The notes beneath the pieces are model-generated. The model saw only the letters and a list, made by a program, of their open reading frames with translations, was not told the origin of the DNA and ran no database searches. A DNA stretch of 64,000 bases from an uncultured delta proteobacterium (GTDB lineage Bacteria; Desulfobacterota; Binatia; UBA9968): positions 160,001-224,000 of the forward strand of contig CAVSHR010000012.1 in NCBI GenBank assembly GCA_963727625.1, written 5' to 3'. Each line of letters begins with the position of its first letter. Within the stretch, counting starts at the first letter, position 1. Positions 56,789 through 64,000 of this stretch are shown here, one piece after another. The position numbers were made by a program, and so were the translations under genes.

Positions 56789-57265
56789 ATGGCTACTGAA
56801 CTAAAGCCGAAAAAAATATTGTTTCTTTGCACCGGAAATTCGGCCCGCAGCATCTTTGCCGAGTTTTTCATGAGCAAGATCGGCCGCGGCCGTTTTGAAG
56901 CCTATAGCGCCGGCAGCCAGCCGGCGGGAACCGTCAATCCTTTTACGATCCGCGTGTTGCAAGAAGAATACAACTTAGATGCGCGGGGAGCGCGCGCCAA
57001 GTCGTGGGATGAATTCAAAGACATGCGCTTCGATATCGTCATCACGGTTTGTGATCGAGCCAAGGAAGCCTGTCCGGTGTTTCCTGGTCAGCCGTTCGTG
57101 ACCCACTGGAGTATCCCCGATCCAGCTCTGGCGACCGGAAATGACGAGCAAAAACTTCGCCGGTTCAAGGACGTTGCGCTGCAAATTAAACGACGTATAG
57201 AGCTGCTTTGCGCTGTTCCTACGGAAAAGTTGGGCCACTTCCCGCCCCAACCGACAAGCTCCTAA
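56789..57265 (+). CDS. arsC: arsenate reductase, LMW-PTP/thioredoxin type
   Basis: FLCTGNSARS; SAGS.P; ITVCD.A.E.CP.FPG; HW...DP; GGAGG RBS. Confidence 0.9.
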   Translation: MATELKPKKILFLCTGNSARSIFAEFFMSKIGRGRFEAYSAGSQPAGTVNPFTIRVLQEEYNLDARGARAKSWDEFKDMRFDIVITVCDRAKEACPVFPGQPFVTHWSIPDPALATGNDEQKLRRFKDVALQIKRRIELLCAVPTEKLGHFPPQPTSS

Positions 57266-57535
57266 TGCAATGCATCGCTCCGATTCCGCCGCATCGGGTC
57301 GCCGAAACATCAACATCGGCTCGCGATTCGATGCGGATAGTTCGCAAGAACACAAAACTTTTCGTCCATCGTTCGCAAATGCGAGAAAACCCGTTCATTC
57401 GCCGCGGAAAAATTCCGCATATCTGGGCCGGATACAGGCATGGTCGCCCAAAAGCCTTGAGGCATACTTCTTGCGCCCTGCTTCGAATAACTGCAAGTAA
57501 TCAAGACCAGGTTCGATTTACTTGAGGAGGCGACG

Positions 57536-57880
57536 ATGAAAAAAGTAGTAATCCACATTTTCCACGACGACAAAAGCTCGCTTGGCACCGGTTCCCACGT
57601 TTCCGAGCGTATCCGGCAGGTAAAAGAACAGCATGGCGTGGAGCTGGAAGTGTACGTGTTCGGTCCGGCCGAGAGAGCCCTGGACGATCCCGCGCACATG
57701 GAATATCGCCAGACTCTGGTGAGTCTCGCCAAAGCCGGGGTGCCCATCCACATTTGCCGTGACATCGCCGAGTCCATGGGCAAGGCGCAGGAGTTCACGA
57801 CTCTTGGCTTTACGCTTGAATACGCCCGTGATGCCTTTGTGCGCTACGCGATCGAGGGGGCGACGGTGGTCAGTTTTTAA
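57536..57880 (+). CDS. DsrE/DsrF-like protein
   Basis: V.L.VYVFGP; GV.I.IC single Cys; EGA.V..F terminus; GAGGAGG RBS. Confidence 0.7.
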   Translation: MKKVVIHIFHDDKSSLGTGSHVSERIRQVKEQHGVELEVYVFGPAERALDDPAHMEYRQTLVSLAKAGVPIHICRDIAESMGKAQEFTTLGFTLEYARDAFVRYAIEGATVVSF

Positions 57881-57957
57881 TTCAATCGGCGGACGCAATT
57901 CACGCATACGGAAAATTCACCTCGGTTCGCCGAACCAGGGATCAGGAGGCATTTGAG

Positions 57958-58641
57958 ATGACCCATGAATATAAACCAGTCGGCGCAAGCGATAACAGCC
58001 CGGATTGGTTCTATCCGGAGTGGGCAGCAGAGGCTCCTAACAATCAGCCCATTGTGGTTAGGGATACCGATAGCGCACTGGGTCGTTATAACCTGCAAAC
58101 GAAAGAGATTGGTTTAAAGGATCTTGCGCGGATTCATGGCCACCTGTGTGACGGGCTGGTGATTGCGTTTGTCGAGATCAAAGCCGTATTGGGCAAAGTG
58201 TTTCCCGATGGTGTGGTCGACCGAACCGATCTCCAGGTTGTTTCAAAAAATGGCCCTTGTTGGTCCGATGCTGCCGCATTTTTAACCGGCGCCAGGATCA
58301 ATTTCAAAACCCTGAGGATTGACGCCTCCATCGCTGGCGGATTCATCATTCAGAGAATTTCAACCGGCGAGGCTTATGCGGTGCACTTAAAGCCCGGTGT
58401 TTTTCCGGATGACCAGGTCGTTCTTGAAAACAGAATTCGGAGCTTACGGGCGCAGGGAAACCCTGTAACGGCGGAGGATATCGATACGGTTGAAAAAATG
58501 GGCGATGCCCTAAGCTTGAAACTCCTTACCGGTCCACCTGTAGAGCTACTCGCGATCACAAGGTTGAACGATTATAAATTCAATTTTACGGATATGTTTG
58601 GCGATCGAGGCGATATTATCAACAAAGATATGCCGAGATAA
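57958..58641 (+). CDS. FmdE/FwdE-like domain protein
   Basis: HGHLCDGL and C..DA...LTG metal-site motifs; AGGAGG RBS. Confidence 0.78.
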   Translation: MTHEYKPVGASDNSPDWFYPEWAAEAPNNQPIVVRDTDSALGRYNLQTKEIGLKDLARIHGHLCDGLVIAFVEIKAVLGKVFPDGVVDRTDLQVVSKNGPCWSDAAAFLTGARINFKTLRIDASIAGGFIIQRISTGEAYAVHLKPGVFPDDQVVLENRIRSLRAQGNPVTAEDIDTVEKMGDALSLKLLTGPPVELLAITRLNDYKFNFTDMFGDRGDIINKDMPR

Positions 58642-58728
58642 GCCGAATGTGCTTTCATCAAGGAAGCGCTGTACTCGAATCCGCGAAAAAACGGAAAAAT
58701 TCGCGGACCGGCAAAAAGGAGCAGGACG

Positions 58729-59841
58729 ATGGCTGAAGAACGCATCACTAAAAAACTTTCCTTCCTCGATCGCTATCTGACATTATGGATCTTTCTTGGA
58801 ATGTTTGTCGGCGTGGGATGGGGATATTTTTTTCCTGGTATAGTCGGATTCTGGGATCAGTTTCAATCGGGGACGACCAACGTCCCCATTGCCGTCGGGC
58901 TGATCCTGATGATGTATCCACCCCTGGCCAAGGTGAAATACGAAGAACTCGGCGAGGTATTCCGAAACTACAAAGTGCTCGGGCTCTCCTTGGTGCAGAA
59001 CTGGATTGTCGGCCCCATTCTCATGTTCATTTTAGCCGTCGTTTTTCTGCGGGGATATCCCGAATATATGGTGGGCCTGATCATGATTGGGTTGGCTCGC
59101 TGTATCGCCATGGTCATCGTCTGGAATGACTTGGCCAAGGGCGACACCGAATACTGCGCCGGCTTGGTGGCTTTCAACTCGATCTTTCAAGTCCTGTTCT
59201 TTTCTCTCTACGCGTTCATTTTTATCACGGTCCTACCACCGCTCCTTGGACTCACGGGGGTGGTGGTGAACATCACGATTGGTCAAATTGCCGAGAGTGT
59301 TTTTATCTATTTGGGAATTCCCTTCATCGCCGGGGTCATCACCCGATTTACTCTAATCAAGTTGAAAGACAAGCAGTGGTACCATGAAAAATTCATTCCC
59401 AAGATCAGTCCGATTACACTGATCGCACTGCTCTTCACCATCGTCGTGATGTTCTCGCTCAAGGGTGAATTCATCGTGAAGATTCCACTGGACGTTGTGC
59501 GCATTGCCATTCCCTTGCTCATTTACTTCGTGATCATGTTTCTGCTGTCGTTTTATATGAGCAAAAAAGTGGGAGCCAATTATGCTCAGAGCGCCACTCT
59601 TTCATTCACCGCTGCATCCAACAATTTCGAGCTCGCCATCGCCGTGACTGTGGCCGTCTTCGGGATCAACTCCGGCCAGGCTTTTGCGGCTGTAATCGGA
59701 CCGTTAGTAGAAGTCCCGGTACTCATCATTCTTGTCAATGTCGCCTTGAAGTTTCGTCAGAGGTACTTTGGCGCAATAGGGGAACCCATGACGAGTAGGA
59801 GACTAAGCCCGGTACAAAAAGCCTCGGGCGCTCGCAAATAG
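58729..59841 (+). CDS. acr3: ACR3 family arsenite efflux transporter
   Basis: [13 protein letters not shown]; MMYPPLAKV; ARCIAMV..W; NNFELAIA; GPLVEVP. Confidence 0.96.
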   Translation: MAEERITKKLSFLDRYLTLWIFLGMFVGVGWGYFFPGIVGFWDQFQSGTTNVPIAVGLILMMYPPLAKVKYEELGEVFRNYKVLGLSLVQNWIVGPILMFILAVVFLRGYPEYMVGLIMIGLARCIAMVIVWNDLAKGDTEYCAGLVAFNSIFQVLFFSLYAFIFITVLPPLLGLTGVVVNITIGQIAESVFIYLGIPFIAGVITRFTLIKLKDKQWYHEKFIPKISPITLIALLFTIVVMFSLKGEFIVKIPLDVVRIAIPLLIYFVIMFLLSFYMSKKVGANYAQSATLSFTAASNNFELAIAVTVAVFGINSGQAFAAVIGPLVEVPVLIILVNVALKFRQRYFGAIGEPMTSRRLSPVQKASGARK

Positions 59842-59923
59842 CGGGAAGCAAAGGCTCATCCTTGTTATCCGAGCAGTTGCTCTACTCCGTGCGCGAGGAC
59901 AGCATCGAGTTGGACCAGCGGCT

Positions 59924-61261
59924 ATGAAAACGATATCGGACGTGGCAGTCGGATTTGATCCGCGTTCCGCCGAGAGCCTAAATCGCGGCTGTGTCTGTCG
60001 TCCGCTTGACCCCGAGCGCCTGTGCCGAGAGCTGGAAGCGGAACCCTCCCTCGCCGGCCTGTGCAAGGACATTGCGCGAACGCGGCCGCATCTGTTCTCC
60101 GCTACGGCCGTCTTTATTTCTCGCGAGCAGTTCAACCGTATCGCGGTCATGATAGCCGCAGTGGAGAGTGTAGTCGGCTTGCCCGGTTACCGGGAATCGG
60201 CGCTCGCCAGGGCGCCGCGCATCGCTCAGCTTGACCCGGGACCGCGCGGTGTCTTCCTGGGCTACGATTTTCACCTGACATCCCACGGCCCGCAGCTTAT
60301 CGAGATCAACACCAACGCTGGTGGGGCGCTGGTCAACGCGGTACTGGCCCGTTCCCAAAAAGCCTGCTGTCGCGAAATGGTCAGCGAGTTCGAACCGACG
60401 GCCGATCTCAACAACTTGGAACAGACCTTCTTTGCGATGTTCGCCGCAGAGTGGCGCCGCCAGCGCGGCGAAGCTCTCCTGGGCCTCGTGGCTATCGTTG
60501 ACGACGGTCCCGCCGGTCAATACTTATATCCGGAAATGCGGCTTTTCGAGCGCATGTTCGCGCGCTTCGGAGCGGAGGCGGTGATCGCGGACGCGAGAGA
60601 GCTGATCTGGCGCGATGGGCGCTTGTGCCATGGCGCATTGCCCGTGGAGATGGTCTATAACCGACTGACGGATTTCTACCTGGAAGAGCCCGCTCACGCG
60701 GCGCTGCGAAGCGCGTACGAGGCTCAGGCAGTGGTGCTGACACCGCATCCCCGCGCTCATGCCCTATACGCCGACAAGCGCAATCTCATCACTTTGAGTC
60801 ATGACGATACTCTCGCGGCGTTGGGTGTATCGGCAGAAACGCGCGCCATTCTTGTGGCGAGTGTACCTCGCACCGTGTCCGTAACTCCAGAGCAATCGGA
60901 CGCATTGTGGGCCGAGCGCCGCAAGCTCTTCTTCAAGCCTGCCGCGGGTTACGGCAGCAAAGCCGCTTACCGCGGCGACAAACTTACGCGCCGGGTGTGG
61001 AACGCAATTGCCCGCGGCGAGTACGTGGCCCAGGCGCTAGTGACGCCGAGCGAACGCCACGTAGAGGTAGATAGCGCCGAAACAGATCTCAAGCTCGATG
61101 TCCGCGCCTACGTCTACGACGGCGTGATCCAGTTGGTCGCAGCGCGTCTTTACGAGGGCCAGACCACCAATTTCCGAACTCCCGGCGGAGGTTTTGCGCC
61201 AGTCTTTGTCGTAGATGCAGAAAAGAGTAAATTTTTCGATTCGGGTCAGATATGCGCATGA
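59924..61261 (+). CDS. circularly permuted ATP-grasp ligase-like protein, Cys-rich
   Basis: GYDFH; LIEINTN; VYNR; FFKP..GYGS; D.R.Y; TNFRT.GGG. Confidence 0.7.
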   Translation: MKTISDVAVGFDPRSAESLNRGCVCRPLDPERLCRELEAEPSLAGLCKDIARTRPHLFSATAVFISREQFNRIAVMIAAVESVVGLPGYRESALARAPRIAQLDPGPRGVFLGYDFHLTSHGPQLIEINTNAGGALVNAVLARSQKACCREMVSEFEPTADLNNLEQTFFAMFAAEWRRQRGEALLGLVAIVDDGPAGQYLYPEMRLFERMFARFGAEAVIADARELIWRDGRLCHGALPVEMVYNRLTDFYLEEPAHAALRSAYEAQAVVLTPHPRAHALYADKRNLITLSHDDTLAALGVSAETRAILVASVPRTVSVTPEQSDALWAERRKLFFKPAAGYGSKAAYRGDKLTRRVWNAIARGEYVAQALVTPSERHVEVDSAETDLKLDVRAYVYDGVIQLVAARLYEGQTTNFRTPGGGFAPVFVVDAEKSKFFDSGQICA

Positions 61262-61346
61262 ACATCACATCTCGCACGATTGGGGGCGCTCTACACTGGC
61301 TAGAGTCTGGGGTACCGAGATAACGTAAGGTGCTACCCGAGATCAG

Positions 61347-62219
61347 ATGCTAATGCCCTCCAACACCCGCAAGCTCATACTCGCCACCGTGTTGACACTT
61401 GGTTTTGCCGGTGTCGAAGCGGCGACGGGTTGGTGGTCCGGCTCTCTCGCGCTTATGAGCGACGCCGGCCACATGGTTACGGACGCGGCAGCATTGGTAA
61501 TCGCGGCGCTCGCCGGATGGGTCGCTCGGCGTGGGCCGTCTCCACGGCACTCCTACGGCTTCGGCCGCGCGCAGCTGGTCGCGGCGCTGGTCAACGGGCT
61601 ATTCATGCTTGCGGTAGTAACGGCCATCATCGTCCAGGCCGTGACACGGTTCGCTAATCCAATCGCTGTACGGGGCGAGGCGGTCACTGTGGTGGCATTG
61701 CTCGGCCTGCTGCTCAACATCTTGGTGGCTCGGATGCTCACGCATGGAGGTCGCGACATCAATGTGCGGGCTGCATTGCTGCATGTGCTCGGTGACCTCC
61801 TCGGTTCTGTGGCGGCACTACTTTCGGGAGTCATCGTCTGGGCGACGGGCTGGTACTCCGTCGACCCGGCGCTCTCCCTTCTCATCGCCATGCTCATCGC
61901 CTATTCCAGCCTGAAACTCGTGCGTGAAGCGTTCCATGGGCTGATGGAGGGCGTGCCGCTGCATCTGTCACTGGAAGAAATCGGCGTCACCATGGCCAAG
62001 GTGGAAGGAGTGATCTCTGTTCACGATCTGCACATCTGGTCTCTCACGGCCGAACGCATCGCGCTGTCCGCACATGTCGTGATCGGAGGGCTGGAAAGCT
62101 GGCCGGAAACTCTCACCCGATTGCAAGCCCTGCTCGCGCAACGCTACGGCATCCAACATCCGACTCTCCAACCAGAAATCATCGGACAACCACCACCCGT
62201 TACCGGCGTAACACCATAG
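61347..62219 (+). CDS. cation diffusion facilitator (CzcD/ZitB-type Zn/Co/Cd exporter)
   Basis: SLALMSDAGHM.TD; N.RAA.LHV.GD.LGS; HDLHIW; H.TLQ.E. Confidence 0.92.
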   Translation: MLMPSNTRKLILATVLTLGFAGVEAATGWWSGSLALMSDAGHMVTDAAALVIAALAGWVARRGPSPRHSYGFGRAQLVAALVNGLFMLAVVTAIIVQAVTRFANPIAVRGEAVTVVALLGLLLNILVARMLTHGGRDINVRAALLHVLGDLLGSVAALLSGVIVWATGWYSVDPALSLLIAMLIAYSSLKLVREAFHGLMEGVPLHLSLEEIGVTMAKVEGVISVHDLHIWSLTAERIALSAHVVIGGLESWPETLTRLQALLAQRYGIQHPTLQPEIIGQPPPVTGVTP

Positions 62220-62284
62220 ACGCCTCCATGGCGTCCACAAACGTTTAACGTTACGCCCCATTCGCCACCGTGCAAATTCAGCAA

Positions 62285-63491
62285 TTATAAAAAAACCACG
62301 GAGACCATCGTCCCCACCAAAACGACCCAGATAATCTCGACTCTAAAAAGGAGGGCGACAAATGCGGCCGCAGCTAGCGAAACGCGAGGGATATTCCACG
62401 GAATATTCGCCGCAAACCGAACGGTCACGGTAAATAAAAGTCCAACCAAAGGAACACAAAATAGCGCGGATGGCCCTGCTCAAGTAATTCGAATTTCGTA
62501 CCCTGTCGAAATGGGGCACGATTCCAATCAGAATTAGAAACGACGGCAAGAAGACACCGGCAGTCGCCACAACAGCGCCCATCATGCCATAAATTATATA
62601 GCCGACGAACGTCGCGGTGATGACGATCGGTCCAGGAGTGATCTGGCCGAGAGCGATTCCATTCAAAAATGTTTGCGCATCCAGCCAGGAGCGCACTTCG
62701 ACGACCTCATGAAACATGAGAGGCAAAGACGCGAAGCCGCCGCCGAAAGCAAAAAGATCGATCTTTAACATGATCGCGGCAAGATCGAACAACTCGCGCT
62801 CGAATAGGAAGAGCAGTACAAACGACAAGCCGGCGACTAACGCAATGGCAAAAACCGCCCTAGCAGAGGTCAATTGGTTGGCTGGGCTCACGCCCAATCT
62901 CGGCAGAGAATCGCTCTTGTAGAGCGTGACACCCAAAAGCGCCGCCAGTAAGATTACCAGAATCGGGCTTGTGCCCAATCCAAACATCCCCGCTGCGAAG
63001 GCGGCAATGACTGCGTCCCTTACACCTTTCAAGGACGTTTTGCCGAAGGACAGGGTCGCATTTGCGACGATGGCCACGACCATGGTTTGAAGGCCGCTGA
63101 AGATCGAAACGACCGAGGGCACCGAATGTCCGCGTGCATACAACGCCGATAGCGCAACCATGAGAAGAAAAGCGGGGAACCCAAAGCCGATAAAACTCGC
63201 CGCGGCGCCGGCTACGCTTCTCGCTTTGAAGCCGACGTAAGCGGCGGTTTGCATCGCCGTCGCTCCGGGGATCGTTTGGCAAAACGCTACACCATCGCGA
63301 AAGGTCTGATCGTTGAGCCATCGCTTCTGTTCGACAGCCATCTTGCCGATGTACGGCACCATCGCAGGCCCGCCAAATGCCGTCGCACCCAATTTTAGAA
63401 ACGATAACAATAGACTAGTTAAAGATGGGCTAATCTGCCGAGCCGGAGTTTTAGAATTCCGGCTGCTTGAGAATCGAGATTTGATCACCAT
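62285..63491 (-). pseudogene. chrA: chromate efflux transporter (long-chain CHR) with a +1 frameshift near the 3' end
   Basis: AFGGP, PG, FGGG and TPGP motifs; removing one G at about 62446 restores SFVGLLFTV...VVFL-stop at 62285. Confidence 0.85.
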
Positions 63492-63657
63492 GTTCCGCGT
63501 AATACACGCGCCCAACGATCCAAACTGCCGAGTCGGCGATATCCACCAGGATGGATGCCGAAACCTCTCGGATCAAGGCTTTCGGCATCCATGCGAACCG
63601 TCGTCTCCTCCAAAACAGCCGCGCCATCATATTCGGTCGGCTGCGCGTTACAATCCC

Positions 63658-64000
63658 TCACGTTGCTTCTTTCCTGAGTGTGACGCGAAACAGCTTTCTC
63701 GGCAGCGCGCCTTCTTCGAACTCTTCGATGCTTAAGATGTCGAATCCTTGCGCCAGCTGCTCAACATTTTCCCTGCTAAAAAAGTGGACCGTGAAACCGC
63801 CGCTGCTTTCGAATGTATCCTCTCCTCGGGCAATACCGGTGCCGTACTGCGGGTCGCCGGTGTGCCTGATCGTGTAGACGTTGAGGCCGCCGGGTCTCAG
63901 TACCCGCCAGACTTCCCCCGCGAGGCCTTCGATCTCAGGTGTGCTGAGCGCCATGCAGAAGAGCATATGCGAATAACACGCGTCGAAGGAGGCGTCATCG
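63658..64000 (-). CDS. class I SAM-dependent methyltransferase, 3' part only (paralogue of 39900-40574)
   Basis: FDACYSHMLFCMAL...RVLRPGGLN.YT.R...DP.YG.G...VHFFS...FEEG.LPRKLFRVTLRK. Confidence 0.85.
   Translation of the reverse strand, partial: DDASFDACYSHMLFCMALSTPEIEGLAGEVWRVLRPGGLNVYTIRHTGDPQYGTGIARGEDTFESSGGFTVHFFSRENVEQLAQGFDILSIEEFEEGALPRKLFRVTLRKEAT

Noticed and set aside
1-64000. CRISPR arrays, rRNA, intact transposases/integrases, Sec/Pyl recoding
   Set aside because: No regularly spaced repeats, rRNA-like tracts, DDE or tyrosine-recombinase ORFs, or convincing in-frame TGA/TAG read-through were seen by eye.

Overview
A GC-rich bacterial chromosomal segment. The gene set and order (ispE-spoVG-tRNA-Gln-prs-rplY-pth-rpsF-ssb-rpsR-DUF2232-rplI, with LLM, NMT1-type binding protein, UbiD and cupin genes) suggest a deltaproteobacterial/Binatia-like organism (inference). 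Bases 1-9.2 kb are housekeeping. 9.2-13.65 kb is a small integrase-less island in tRNA-Arg(CCG), bounded by a displaced tRNA 3' half, carrying a ThDP enzyme and a hexaheme cytochrome. 15-19.4 kb is an operon of a heme-oxygenase-like diiron enzyme, gentisate-type dioxygenase and two decarboxylase-like genes. 19.7-37 kb is mixed: a divergent RpoD paralogue, gluQ, pdxH, ettA and three c-type cytochromes, one with a contracted CxCH motif. 37-45.4 kb holds a GNAT/ADP-forming acyl-CoA synthetase fusion facing a sigma54-driven split PFOR-CBS-USP operon. 45.6-54 kb is a sigma54-rich envelope/metal block. 54.4-64 kb is an arsenic/metal resistance region. Its ArsR-ArsC-Acr3 core is interleaved with an adenylate-kinase paralogue lacking canonical AMP-binding residues, a deleted CoA-disulfide reductase-rhodanese, DsrE and FmdE proteins and a Cys-rich permuted ATP-grasp ligase; this is the best candidate for an undescribed system. 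No CRISPR array, rRNA or intact transposase/integrase was seen. All calls come from motif recognition by eye; no database search was run.
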